Part shown: in pieces, positions 20,163 through 29,887 of the stretch
Position numbering within the stretch: position 1 is the stretch's first letter
Layout: the number at the start of each line of letters is the position of its first letter
Assembly (NCBI GenBank): GCA_964639965.1
Contig: CAZXGI010000004.1
Span: 3,888 to 67,887 of the forward strand
Source: an uncultured Rhodospirillaceae bacterium
GTDB lineage: Bacteria; Pseudomonadota; Alphaproteobacteria; Rhodospirillales; UBA2165
Reading direction: 5' to 3'
Length of the DNA: 64,000 nt
Made by a program: the position numbers and the translations under genes
The notes under the pieces: generated by a model
What the model saw: the letters and a program-made list of their open reading frames with translations, nothing else
The model's database searches: none
Told to the model about the DNA's origin: nothing

Positions 20163-20611
20163 CGTTTCAAATACTCCTGTAGGCGAAAAGATAAATCCGA
20201 TATAGTGTTCGATTCCAGTTCAACTATTGACGGTGGCTTAGAAGCGTGACATTGGAAACAGTCGACACTGACAGCAGCATAGTCATGACACGTGCGACAG
20301 AAGTGTTTTGGATTCTTATAAGAAACTGGCTTTTGATCTTCGCCATAAACCACATGACAGGCAATACATGCTTTTAAACTATGCTTCTGTGTGCGGATAC
20401 CGTCATGAACCGTTCTATCCCTTTTATGTATCATTAAATCCATATGATGGCGACGCATTAATTCTGCATGACCTTTCTCGGCGGGTTCAAGTGCTTTCGG
20501 TATAACAGGAGAAAGGCTCCGTTCTCCCCCATAAACCGGATTATAGGAAGCTAAATTCAATGCTATCCCACAGATAAATATATATAAGTAAATCTGTCCA
20601 CGTCGCCACAT
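20159..20611 (-). CDS. dsrJ: DsrJ, triheme cytochrome c
   Basis: 150 aa; signal/TM region followed by three CxxCH motifs (CIACH, CRTCH, CFQCH). Confidence 0.88.
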   Translation of the reverse strand: MWRRGQIYLYIFICGIALNLASYNPVYGGERSLSPVIPKALEPAEKGHAELMRRHHMDLMIHKRDRTVHDGIRTQKHSLKACIACHVVYGEDQKPVSYKNPKHFCRTCHDYAAVSVDCFQCHASKPPSIVELESNTISDLSFRLQEYLKR

Positions 20612-20627
20612 AACTTGTTATCCGGTA

Positions 20628-22571
20628 TTATTCGCCAAGCCCCATTTGTATATAACCAGAAGGACAAACATCAGCACAAATTTTACAGCCAATGCATTTT
20701 GTATAATCGGTATCCACATAACGGCCCAAAGCAGCCTGATCTTTCTTTACTTTAAAAACAGCAACTTGTGGACAATAAATAACACAGTTATTGCACTCGA
20801 AACACATTCCACAGCTCATGCAACGGTTACCTTCAGCCTGAGCCTCCTCCTCCGTGAGATTATGGATTCGTTCCTCAAAATTACCAAGAACTTGATCCTT
20901 ACTAATGTGAGTTTCTGGACGCCGTTTTCGAGCGTCGTATTCAAAATGCCCCAAAAACATTTCGTCGTGAGGGATTACCTGTGTTCCCGAGCGATCTTCA
21001 TAATTATGAACAGCAAAGTTATCTTCTGAAGTGCCGCGGGTTGGAGTATGATCAAAATTTTCGGGTTTTAACTCACGTTGTGCTAATTCGTTTAATAGAT
21101 TGAAGTGAAACACATCAACTTTTGGTCTTTTGTCAACTTGAATGCCGCCTAGAAAATTATTAATACTATCAGCTGCTACACGGCCTTGCCCGATTGCTGT
21201 AGTAAGAAGATGCGGTCTAATAATATCACCACCCGCAAAATGGGCTTCTTTATCTGTAACATTAAAGATTTTGTTAGTAGAAATAAAACCATTTCCATTA
21301 TCCAACTCTTCTAGTCCCACCATATCGCCCATTTGACCAATCGCCGACACAATAACATCGCACTCAATTTCAAATTCTGTGCCTTGACGAGGTACTGGTT
21401 TATTGCCATCCATGTCACATTCACACATACGAAGCGCTATCCCCCGGCCATTTTGATCTTGAATAACTTCAAGGGGCATAACTCCTCCCTTTAAATCTAC
21501 CCCTTCACGCTCTGCATCTTCGCGTTCCCGTTCTGCTGCGGTCATTTCCTCGATAGGAAATAGTGATGTCAAAACTGCATCGACACCTTCACGTTTCATC
21601 GTGCCTGCGATATCGTGTGCTGTGTGACCAAGCACGACATTCTCAGGCCGATCTTTTTCATGACTATTCAAAATATGTCCAATTCTTCTGGCTACCGAGG
21701 CAACGTCAATCGACGTGTCACCTCCGCCAACGACAACAACTTTTTTCGACGCAAATTGGAGGCGACCCTTATTGAATGCTTCCAGAAAGGCAACTCCACT
21801 TATACAATTTTCTGCATCTCCTCCTGGCACTGGCAATGGGCGCCCGGTCTGTGCTCCAATCGCCCAGAATATTGCATCAAACTCTTCTTCTATTTCTTTG
21901 GTAGAGATATCTGTCCCAACTTTTGTCTCCATCCGCGTTTCAATACCGATATCCAAAATTCGCTGAACCTCTGCATCGACCATATCACGTGGAGTTCTAT
22001 AACTTGGAATTCCATAGCGCATCATTCCTCCAAGCTTTGCATGTGCATCAAATATGGTAACGCCATGCCCCTCTCTTCTTAACTGAAACGCAGCAGATAA
22101 ACCCGCTGGCCCGCCGCCAATGACAGCAACTTTCTTTCCAGTTTCACGCTTTGGACCTTCCAATTTTAATTCATTTTCAATAGCCCAATCGCCGACATAT
22201 TGCTCAACCGCATTAATGCCAACGTAGTCATCCACTTCATTTCGATTACAACCATCCTCACACGGTGCCGGACAAACACGTCCCATTGTTGCAGGAAATG
22301 GATTGGCTTCTGCCATGCGATTAAATGCATATTCTTGCCACGACATACCTTCAACTGGTGGTTTATCAATACCGCGCGCTATGGAAAGCCAGCCACGTAT
22401 ATCATGACCAGAGGGACAACTACCCTGACAAGGAGGGGTTCGATGAACGTAAGTGGGACATTGATGTGAATGTCCTGCTGTGTGAATTTTTTCTAACCAT
22501 TCAGGTGGCGATTGATTACCATCTTCATAACGCCGCCAAGTAAGAGCAGTATCTTCATTCAAATCAACCAT
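20628..22571 (-). CDS. dsrL: DsrL, NAD(P)H:acceptor oxidoreductase (GltD-like flavoprotein with ferredoxin domain)
   Basis: Dinucleotide-binding VAVIGGGPAGLSAA; C-terminal CMSCGMCFECNNCVIYCP and CIGCKICADVCP. The ORF is open to 22622, but ATG 22571 follows AAGGGG and overlaps the dsrK stop (ATGGTTGA), which suggests translational coupling. Confidence 0.88.
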   Translation of the reverse strand: MVDLNEDTALTWRRYEDGNQSPPEWLEKIHTAGHSHQCPTYVHRTPPCQGSCPSGHDIRGWLSIARGIDKPPVEGMSWQEYAFNRMAEANPFPATMGRVCPAPCEDGCNRNEVDDYVGINAVEQYVGDWAIENELKLEGPKRETGKKVAVIGGGPAGLSAAFQLRREGHGVTIFDAHAKLGGMMRYGIPSYRTPRDMVDAEVQRILDIGIETRMETKVGTDISTKEIEEEFDAIFWAIGAQTGRPLPVPGGDAENCISGVAFLEAFNKGRLQFASKKVVVVGGGDTSIDVASVARRIGHILNSHEKDRPENVVLGHTAHDIAGTMKREGVDAVLTSLFPIEEMTAAEREREDAEREGVDLKGGVMPLEVIQDQNGRGIALRMCECDMDGNKPVPRQGTEFEIECDVIVSAIGQMGDMVGLEELDNGNGFISTNKIFNVTDKEAHFAGGDIIRPHLLTTAIGQGRVAADSINNFLGGIQVDKRPKVDVFHFNLLNELAQRELKPENFDHTPTRGTSEDNFAVHNYEDRSGTQVIPHDEMFLGHFEYDARKRRPETHISKDQVLGNFEERIHNLTEEEAQAEGNRCMSCGMCFECNNCVIYCPQVAVFKVKKDQAALGRYVDTDYTKCIGCKICADVCPSGYIQMGLGE

Positions 22572-24087
22572 CGGCCGCCCCTTCATTTTCTGGCCCTTTC
22601 TGTCCATCAAGTACAATGGCATTACTCACAAGTTCATGGACACTGATAATATCCGTCATTGCGAAACCATACATCGGCATCACTTTAGAAAACTGAGTTT
22701 TACAAATTGCACAAATAGCAGCCATATGTGTCACGCCATGATCTTTAACCACTTTCTCATATGCACTCATTCGTGGACTTGCACCTTTTGCTCTCAACTC
22801 CATCAAATCATCCGTTAATAAACCTCCACCGCCACCGCAACAGAAAGTATTTTCTTTGATGGTTTCCTCTGCCATATCGAAAAAATTATTACAGGTAGCT
22901 TTAATAATTTCCCGGGGTATCGTGAATTGTCCACCGGGAGTATTTCCCATTCGAGATCCTCGCGAAACATTGCACGAATCATGATAGGTAAGTGTCATAT
23001 GGTCATTAGCTGATTTATCCAATGTCAAAGCCCCATCTCTCATCAAGTTATATGTAAATTCGCATATATGTTGAGGTATGGGATAATTCTGATCTAGAAA
23101 ATCAAATGGTCCAACCAACGTATCCCAAAAGTTGTAGGCAACACGCCAGGCGTGACCACATTCTCCAACGACAATCCGTTTAACCCCCAACTCTAAGGCG
23201 GCATCTCTTATGCGTTCAGAAATTTTTCCCATTTGATCATGCGAGCCAATAAACATAGCAAAATTAGCCGCCTCGGAGGCCTTGGAACTCAATGTCCAAC
23301 TCACGTTCGACTGATGAAATACCTTTGCGTAACCGAGCAAACCATCAACATGGGGTTCAGCAAAAAAATCTGCACTTGGCGTAATTAACAAAATATCAGA
23401 ACCCTTTTGATCCAACGGCAGGCGAACAGCTACACCGGTATCATCTTCCAGATCTTCTTCCAAATCCTCAAGTGTTGCCCGTAATGCTTTTTCAGGTAGC
23501 CCTAGATTATTACCAATATCGTGCACTTTACCGATTATTTCATTACTATATTTCTGACCCATCCCGATGTGGTCCATAATCTCGCGAGCTGCCATAGAAA
23601 ATTCTGCAGTATCAATACCATAGGGACAATAAACCGAACATCGACGACATTGTGAACACTGATGATAATAACTATACCACTCATCGAGAACGTCCCGGGT
23701 TAAATCTTTCGCCCCAACCAACCAAGGAAACCATCTTCCTACCCAAGTAAAATAGCGGCGATAGACTTTTCGCATTAAATCTTGACGCGCAACCGGCATA
23801 TTTTTTGGGTCACCCGTTCCCAGAAAATAATGACATTTATCCGTACAGGCACCACACTTTACGCAAGCATCCATATAAACGCTCAGAGCCCCCTGCCCAT
23901 CCAATATTTCGCGAAATTTAGCAATGGCTTTATCGTGCCAATCGTCAACTAACTCACCGGGAAATCCCAACGCTGACTGATGGTCTGGAGCTGCTGAAAA
24001 CGGCTTACAATGTGCCATTACTCCTGGATCAATTTTCGGAATCTCAGTCGGTTCTTTTAGTTTAGGAACAGTAAAATCATTCATCAT
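22564..24087 (-). CDS. dsrK: DsrK, HdrD-like catalytic FeS subunit
   Basis: 507 aa; CVKCGACTDKC and CSQCRRCSVYCP clusters; CCG-domain motif FCCGGGGG. Confidence 0.92.
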   Translation of the reverse strand: MMNDFTVPKLKEPTEIPKIDPGVMAHCKPFSAAPDHQSALGFPGELVDDWHDKAIAKFREILDGQGALSVYMDACVKCGACTDKCHYFLGTGDPKNMPVARQDLMRKVYRRYFTWVGRWFPWLVGAKDLTRDVLDEWYSYYHQCSQCRRCSVYCPYGIDTAEFSMAAREIMDHIGMGQKYSNEIIGKVHDIGNNLGLPEKALRATLEDLEEDLEDDTGVAVRLPLDQKGSDILLITPSADFFAEPHVDGLLGYAKVFHQSNVSWTLSSKASEAANFAMFIGSHDQMGKISERIRDAALELGVKRIVVGECGHAWRVAYNFWDTLVGPFDFLDQNYPIPQHICEFTYNLMRDGALTLDKSANDHMTLTYHDSCNVSRGSRMGNTPGGQFTIPREIIKATCNNFFDMAEETIKENTFCCGGGGGLLTDDLMELRAKGASPRMSAYEKVVKDHGVTHMAAICAICKTQFSKVMPMYGFAMTDIISVHELVSNAIVLDGQKGPENEGAADG

Positions 24088-24813
24088 TTACTCTCCCGTC
24101 TCAACCGGTTTTGATACACCTGGAATGTAGCGCACTTCCCGGGGATTATCGACTTGATTTCGCGTGGGGCTAAAAAACACACCAGGAGCATGTAACAATT
24201 TGGAAAACGGAAAAATTATCATTAAAAGAGCAACCAAACCCAGATGGATAAGAACAGCAGGATCTTGGGGCAACGGTTGTAAATCAAAATACATAAGCCC
24301 AAGCATAAAAGCCTTAACGGCCACAATGTCTGTATGTTCAACGTATTTCATGAACAGACCACTGATAGCGATTGCTAATAACATAATGATCATCAGATGA
24401 TCAGATGGACCGGTAATGTAGCGGACACGCTCAACAAATACACGACGCACACCCAAGGCAAACAAACCTATAACAAAGGCAAAAGCAGCATAAACACCAA
24501 AAGGCTGAATGACGGTGATCCAACCCCAAACTGGATCAACAAAGTAACGCAAATGACGCAACAGAATAAAAACCATGGCAACATGAAATACCCAACCAAA
24601 TATCCATGTCCATTTATTGGCACGAAATAAACTTTGAAAAAGAATGACCTCGCGCAACATCCGCAAAACAACACCTTTTCGGGTCGTTGGCGCAGGTGTT
24701 GTAGGAATTTTCAATGGTACGACTGTTGTAGCATACTTTTTAATCTTAAAAGCAAGACCGCCTATAAGAACTAGAGTAGCTGCATAAAACAAAATAGCAT
24801 ATGCTATGTTCAC
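24088..24813 (-). CDS. dsrM: DsrM, NarI/HdrE-like membrane b-type cytochrome
   Basis: 241 aa, 5-6 TM, located directly upstream of dsrK with no gap. Confidence 0.88.
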   Translation of the reverse strand: MNIAYAILFYAATLVLIGGLAFKIKKYATTVVPLKIPTTPAPTTRKGVVLRMLREVILFQSLFRANKWTWIFGWVFHVAMVFILLRHLRYFVDPVWGWITVIQPFGVYAAFAFVIGLFALGVRRVFVERVRYITGPSDHLMIIMLLAIAISGLFMKYVEHTDIVAVKAFMLGLMYFDLQPLPQDPAVLIHLGLVALLMIIFPFSKLLHAPGVFFSPTRNQVDNPREVRYIPGVSKPVETGE

Positions 24814-24849
24814 GTCTGGCCTCTATAAAAATTCAAAGTTTCTAATCGG

Positions 24850-25182
24850 CTATACGCAGCCAGTGGGTTTAGGAAGGCCAGCAATTTTACAAGCCTGCTT
24901 AGCAGGGCCATATGGAAATAACTCATAAAGATACTTGCTATTGCCTTTATCAGCACCAAGAGACTTTTTAATTGCCTTTGTCAAAACACGAACCGCAGGG
25001 GCTATTTGGTATTCCTCATAGTAATCCCGAAGAAAATTTACCACTTCCCAATGATCATCACTCATATCGATATTTTCCGTTTCAGCAATTGCATCGGCTA
25101 ATTCCTCAGACCAGTTAGAAATGTCAGTAATATAACCCTCTTCATCTGCGCCAATAGTTTGATCATTTACCGAATATTCCAT
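24850..25182 (-). CDS. dsrC: DsrC sulfur-carrier protein
   Basis: 110 aa; C-terminal arm ..QACKIAGLPKPTGCV carries both conserved Cys. Confidence 0.93.
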   Translation of the reverse strand: MEYSVNDQTIGADEEGYITDISNWSEELADAIAETENIDMSDDHWEVVNFLRDYYEEYQIAPAVRVLTKAIKKSLGADKGNSKYLYELFPYGPAKQACKIAGLPKPTGCV

Positions 25183-25236
25183 TTGATTTTCTCCTTTTAA
25201 AATTTTTTCAATTTTCTTTTATTAATTTAAAGAAAC

Positions 25237-25545
25237 TTAAAGCCATGACTGAACAGAAGAGCATTCCTCAACCAAGTCAACAAACCCCGCATAGTCAATA
25301 AGCTGCAATTCATCAACAAGAGGTTTTTCACTTAAGCCTCTAGCTGCAAGATCCGGGGCTAGAGCGAAAATTTTTATCTCAGCATTCCGACCTACAATTT
25401 CATCACTCACCGTTGTATCAAGTAACGCACCATAGACCCCATCTTCAATCAACAGAATAGTAGAACCAGATTTTGCACGTCGCAAACAATCCGACAAAGA
25501 ATTGGTTTCAAACGGTGACTTATTTACTGTATGCAATAACGCCAC
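25237..25545 (-). CDS. dsrH: DsrH
   Basis: 102 aa; MALLHTVNKSP.. and a conserved Cys (SDCLRR); third gene of the dsrEFH set. Confidence 0.88.
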   Translation of the reverse strand: MALLHTVNKSPFETNSLSDCLRRAKSGSTILLIEDGVYGALLDTTVSDEIVGRNAEIKIFALAPDLAARGLSEKPLVDELQLIDYAGFVDLVEECSSVQSWL

Positions 25546-25554
25546 AATAAACTC

Positions 25555-25947
25555 CTAAAAGGAAACAATAACATCTTGCTGATCCATTAAATCAGCAACT
25601 TGTTGTGAGTCGAGTATCTCCACCGGTATTACAAGGTCATCTTCATCAAGACCCCTCGCTTTTAGTGACTCACGCTCAACATAAACCTTTTCAACTTCAT
25701 AGCCTTCCAATGCCCTATAAGTCGGGGAAAAATTTTTCATATTTATACCCGAAGTTTCCTGATCTTTCTTGATTTGGAATACGCCATCATCGATAAAAAC
25801 CATACTTACATCTTGATCGAATGCTGCCGTTATAAGTACGACTTCAAGTCCTTCTAGCGCGTAAACCGTCCCATAGGGCCCCTTGCGGTTAACATACATA
25901 AACTTCTTAACAGGGCCATCAAATTCATCATCTTCAAAATCCGCCAT
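25555..25947 (-). CDS. dsrF: DsrF
   Basis: 130-aa DsrE/F-fold protein between dsrE and dsrH. Confidence 0.85.
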   Translation of the reverse strand: MADFEDDEFDGPVKKFMYVNRKGPYGTVYALEGLEVVLITAAFDQDVSMVFIDDGVFQIKKDQETSGINMKNFSPTYRALEGYEVEKVYVERESLKARGLDEDDLVIPVEILDSQQVADLMDQQDVIVSF

Positions 25948-25957
25948 CGGTTATTTC

Positions 25958-26317
25958 CTAGTCCCCAAAAGTGATAAGTTTATCACCGGTTATACCCGCT
26001 TCAACTAGTTGGCCTAGACCCGAAATTTTGAATCCTTCGGCTAGCAAATCGTCGGTAATACCTCGGCGCATAGCTGCGGCAACGCAAACCACCAAGTCAA
26101 TACCATGCTCCTTTGCCAAATCAGACCAAAGAGTAACTAAATTGCGATCGTCACTTGGTGGATCAGCAAACTTGGTAGAATTATTTACGCCATCATGGTA
26201 AAAAAATACCCGCACAATTTCATGCCCTTTCTCTAACGCAGCTTTTGAGAAAAGATAGGCGGTATCTGAAGCCTGATGCGTAAACGGCCCTTCATTTACT
26301 AAAATCCCTAATTTCAT
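25958..26317 (-). CDS. dsrE: DsrE sulfurtransferase
   Basis: 119 aa; active-site Cys context LVVCVAAAMRRG. Confidence 0.9.
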   Translation of the reverse strand: MKLGILVNEGPFTHQASDTAYLFSKAALEKGHEIVRVFFYHDGVNNSTKFADPPSDDRNLVTLWSDLAKEHGIDLVVCVAAAMRRGITDDLLAEGFKISGLGQLVEAGITGDKLITFGD

Positions 26318-26331
26318 ATCATGTTTCCTTG

Positions 26332-27414
26332 TTAGAAGTGCACATGAGCTGAAGCATTGAGACTGTCGCGTGCCCCCCTGAAATCATCAATATGAAAGCG
26401 AGTAAAAGGAATATCTGCCAATTCAAAAAAACGTGGCCAACCAATTCTTTCAATCCATTCTCCTAAACGCTCCCAATCCCTGCCACCATCCTTGTAAGCG
26501 TAAAGAATTTTTTTCACAACCTCGCCTACCTCAGGCCAATGCGGCGGATTATTTGGCAATCCTGCTACCGCTAATTTATGAAAAGTAGGTTTGGAGCGGG
26601 CGTTAGAATGTTTTCCTCCAACCCAAACGGCAATTTTGGTTGATTCATCGCTATTAATTTGCATCGGAGGGCATGGAGCATAGCACGCTCCGCAGCAAAT
26701 ACACTTTTGTTCGTCAACTTCCAGAGATGGTTTACCGTTTACCAAAGCGGGTCGAATAGCGGCAACGGGACAACGAGCTACGACTGCGGGTCGTTCACAA
26801 ACATTTGCAACAAGATCATGATTGATCACAGGCGGTTTAGTGTATTGAACGTTTATAGCAATATCGCCCTGACCGCCGCAATTAATTTGACAACAAGATG
26901 TGGTTATTCTAACCCGATTCGGCATCTCCTCTTGAACAAACTCCTTGTGAAGATCATCCATTAAAGATTTCACGACGCCGGAGGCATCCGTACCCGGAAT
27001 ATCACAATGGAGCCAACCTTGTGTATGAGAAATCATAGAAACAGAGTTTCCAGTACCACCGATCGGAAAACCCTCGGCCTCTAATGCCTCTATAAGTGGA
27101 TCAACCTGTCCTTCACTACTAACCATATATTCTATATTACTGCGAGTAGTAAAGCGCACATGCCCTTCCGCTCGCAAATCCGCAATATCACATAGCTTCC
27201 TGATTGTATGGACGTCCATCTGGCGTTGCGTTCCAGCCCGAACAGTCCACACTTCATCTCCATTGTGGGCAACATGGTGTATAACGCCGGGCCGCGGGCG
27301 ATCATGCCACTTCCAGTTTCCGTAATTTTTCTTCAGCATTGGATGCATCTGAGGAAACGGGTCCATTACCCCAGTTTCATCAGGCCGACGCGGTTCAACT
27401 GCTGCTTCTGTCAT
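26332..27414 (-). CDS. dsrB: dissimilatory sulfite reductase beta subunit (oxidative-type cluster)
   Basis: 360 aa; TSCCQINCGGQGD, CPVAAIRP, CICCGACYAPCP. Confidence 0.95.
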   Translation of the reverse strand: MTEAAVEPRRPDETGVMDPFPQMHPMLKKNYGNWKWHDRPRPGVIHHVAHNGDEVWTVRAGTQRQMDVHTIRKLCDIADLRAEGHVRFTTRSNIEYMVSSEGQVDPLIEALEAEGFPIGGTGNSVSMISHTQGWLHCDIPGTDASGVVKSLMDDLHKEFVQEEMPNRVRITTSCCQINCGGQGDIAINVQYTKPPVINHDLVANVCERPAVVARCPVAAIRPALVNGKPSLEVDEQKCICCGACYAPCPPMQINSDESTKIAVWVGGKHSNARSKPTFHKLAVAGLPNNPPHWPEVGEVVKKILYAYKDGGRDWERLGEWIERIGWPRFFELADIPFTRFHIDDFRGARDSLNASAHVHF

Positions 27415-27426
27415 ATCCTGTCTCTC

Positions 27427-28710
27427 CTACTCAGCTGCGGTCTTAGAATTTTCCGCATCTTTGCGGTCATACCACTTATCAGCTTCAGCATCCCATTTTG
27501 ACGTATCTACATACGAGTTCGTTCGCGGATGATTGACCATGTTAGGATCTATTTCCACGCCGACACCATCGAGAAAATTAATCAGGCCAATCCGATCAAT
27601 TGTCTCACCGACTCGTTCATGTTCTAAAGCGTTTTCCGCAAAAAAATCTATTACATTTCCAGCTATTTCCTCGAGCTTTTCATAATCTTCATCTGTTTCA
27701 AGTTTGAGAAAAGGCACTACAACGGTTCCCATTTGATCACCTATTTTAAGAGACCGCTTGCCCCCTATCAGTATTGTCACGCCCTTATCATCGCCGGGGG
27801 AAAGAGCTTTATTCATGACATTTAGACAATGCATACAGCGAACACAACTCTCGTTGTCTACGTCGAGCGTATCATCATCATTAAGACTTAAGGCATTTGT
27901 CGGACAGCGCGTTATTACGTTATCTATAGTATATTTTCGACCGGCTTCGGCCACGTATTTCTTCACTTCTTCCTGATCCACCTTCATTTCATCGCGCCAA
28001 GTGCCAATTACCGCAAAATCGGCACGATGGATTGCGTTGACACAGTCATTAGCGCAGCCCGAGAACTTAAACTTAAACTTGTATGGCAAAGCTGGTCGAT
28101 GCATTTCGTCCAAAAACGCATTAATGATTTGCCGATGTGCCTTCACTTCATCATAGCAAGATTGCTCGCAACGGGCATGGCCAACACAACTCATCGAAGT
28201 TCGAAGAGCAGGCCCCGCTCCTCCCATATCAAGACCAATTTCATTCAAGCCGTCAAAAGCCTTTTGGACGTTTTCCGTTGTCGCGCCCTGAAACATTATA
28301 TCACCACTTTGCCCATGTAAGGCAATCAGACCTGACCCATGCTCTTCCCAAACATCACACATTTTGCGCAAAAGATCCGTGCTATAATGCATGCCGGCGG
28401 GTGGTTGAACGCGCAATGTATGAAACTCGCTAGATTCTGGGTATTTTTCGGGAACCTGCGAAAAGCGAGGAATAACACCTCCTCCATAACCAAAAACACT
28501 TACAGTACCGCCTTTCCAATAGCCAAGCCTCGTTTCATAAGAGTGCTCAAGCTGGCCCATTAGATCATTCATCATGGGTGCATATTGCTTATCGTCATCA
28601 TTCGCTAGTCTCTTAAGACCATCAACAAAACTGGGCCACTTACCACCCTGCAGTTCGTCTAATAAGGGCGTTTCGTGTTTTTCACCGTTGGATCTTTTCT
28701 TTTTACTCAT
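27427..28710 (-). CDS. dsrA: dissimilatory sulfite reductase alpha subunit (oxidative-type cluster)
   Basis: SCVGHARCEQSC, SGCANDC, ferredoxin insert CPTNAL..CVRCMHC. The ORF is open to 28782, but ATG 28710 (MSKKKRS..) follows a GGAGG Shine-Dalgarno at 8-nt spacing. Confidence 0.95.
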   Translation of the reverse strand: MSKKKRSNGEKHETPLLDELQGGKWPSFVDGLKRLANDDDKQYAPMMNDLMGQLEHSYETRLGYWKGGTVSVFGYGGGVIPRFSQVPEKYPESSEFHTLRVQPPAGMHYSTDLLRKMCDVWEEHGSGLIALHGQSGDIMFQGATTENVQKAFDGLNEIGLDMGGAGPALRTSMSCVGHARCEQSCYDEVKAHRQIINAFLDEMHRPALPYKFKFKFSGCANDCVNAIHRADFAVIGTWRDEMKVDQEEVKKYVAEAGRKYTIDNVITRCPTNALSLNDDDTLDVDNESCVRCMHCLNVMNKALSPGDDKGVTILIGGKRSLKIGDQMGTVVVPFLKLETDEDYEKLEEIAGNVIDFFAENALEHERVGETIDRIGLINFLDGVGVEIDPNMVNHPRTNSYVDTSKWDAEADKWYDRKDAENSKTAAE

Positions 28711-28779
28711 AAAAAAAGCCTCCGCACTAGATTTTTCAAAAGCTAAGTCCATGCAAAACAATAATCCACAGTAGACTGC

Positions 28780-28821
28780 CATTGATTATATATTACACTA
28801 TGATGTATGATATAATCAATG
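28780..28821. promoter_or_regulatory. perfect 12-bp inverted repeat (CATTGATTATAT-N18-ATATAATCAATG) overlapping a promoter-like TTGATT-N18-TAATAT upstream of dsrA; candidate operator
   Basis: Read directly from the sequence: arms at 28780-28791 and 28810-28821, 70-111 nt upstream of the preferred dsrA start. Confidence 0.35.
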
Positions 28822-28971
28822 TTTTACTAAAATATAAAATAAGGCATAAAATTTCAATGAAAATCTACAATTTAGTCTCAATAAGAATAAAAATACATAT
28901 ATAACAATGATTTAAAGTAAGAAATCTAATATTTTTTTCCTGTTACAGAAAATAGGGCCTTTTAACAAAAT

Positions 28972-29862
28972 ATGGGTATACCAATAAACATCAGTGATAA
29001 TGACATTTATCTGCGATGGCGAGATGAAAAACTTGAAAAATACCCCCGTAGTATTGAGGATTTAACGGTTAAAATTACCACACCTGGCGAGCCGAACAAA
29101 CATAATATAGAAAAATTAAAGGCTCTGTGTCTTAAATCCAACATGGTAATCTATAAAGCCCCTGAAGAAATTATTGAGAATAAAAACATTGCCTTAAACA
29201 TGGGTATTTCCCTTGGTCTACAGCATATTGAACGATCCTTAACAACTGAGAACGATGGCGTCAGCGAGTTATCAGTAATAGGGGCCGGTGTAAAAAGCCA
29301 TTATATCCCGTACACAGATAAACGGCTCGGTTGGCATACTGATGGTTGTTACAACGATACAAATAACCAAATAAATGGCTTTATATTGCACTGCGTTCGC
29401 GCTGCAAAAGATGGTGGTGAAAACCATCTACTTGACCCCGATATAGCTTATATTCTCTTGAGAGACGAAAACCCAGAATTTATTGAAGGTTTGATGCTAG
29501 ATGACGCACTAACTATCCCTCAAAATAAAGAAAATGGGATTATACTTCGAAAAAAACAAACTGGACCAGTTCTTACAATCCAGAAAAATAATCTTAATAC
29601 AGGTATTAGAGCAATTCACTTTCGTTATACAAGTCGCCAAACTTTTGTGCTGTGGAACAAGGATACTCGCACTCAAGGCGCATTGGACTTTCTAAAAAAA
29701 ACTCTCCAAGCTAGATGCCCATATATATTTCGCATAAAATTGCAACCAGGATCTGGTATCATTGGAAATAATATCCTTCATAATCGAACAAAGTTTAAAA
29801 ACGGCGAATCAAAAGCTGGTCAGCGTTTATTTTATAGAATCTACTATAAAGATAGAATATAG
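28972..29862 (+). CDS. TauD/TfdA-superfamily Fe(II)/2-oxoglutarate dioxygenase, gamma-butyrobetaine-hydroxylase-like
   Basis: 296 aa; HxD facial-triad context LGWHTDGCY..INGFILHCVRAAKDGGENHLLD and distal His/Arg NNILHNRTKF. Confidence 0.7.
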   Translation: MGIPINISDNDIYLRWRDEKLEKYPRSIEDLTVKITTPGEPNKHNIEKLKALCLKSNMVIYKAPEEIIENKNIALNMGISLGLQHIERSLTTENDGVSELSVIGAGVKSHYIPYTDKRLGWHTDGCYNDTNNQINGFILHCVRAAKDGGENHLLDPDIAYILLRDENPEFIEGLMLDDALTIPQNKENGIILRKKQTGPVLTIQKNNLNTGIRAIHFRYTSRQTFVLWNKDTRTQGALDFLKKTLQARCPYIFRIKLQPGSGIIGNNILHNRTKFKNGESKAGQRLFYRIYYKDRI

Positions 29863-29887
29863 AGTTATTAGATCGTAAGGAAAAAAA

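Noticed and set aside
21615-22082. 155-aa plus-strand ORF, together with several others antisense to dsrL, dsrK, dsrA and dsrB
   Set aside because: They are shadow ORFs opposite strongly supported dsr genes, and none has a recognisable domain.
28711-28782. 24-codon N-terminal extension of dsrA (MAVYCGLLFCMDLAFEKSSAEAFF)
   Set aside because: The downstream ATG at 28710 has a canonical GGAGG Shine-Dalgarno, and DsrA-like sequence begins there. The extension would also run into the inverted repeat and promoter-like region.
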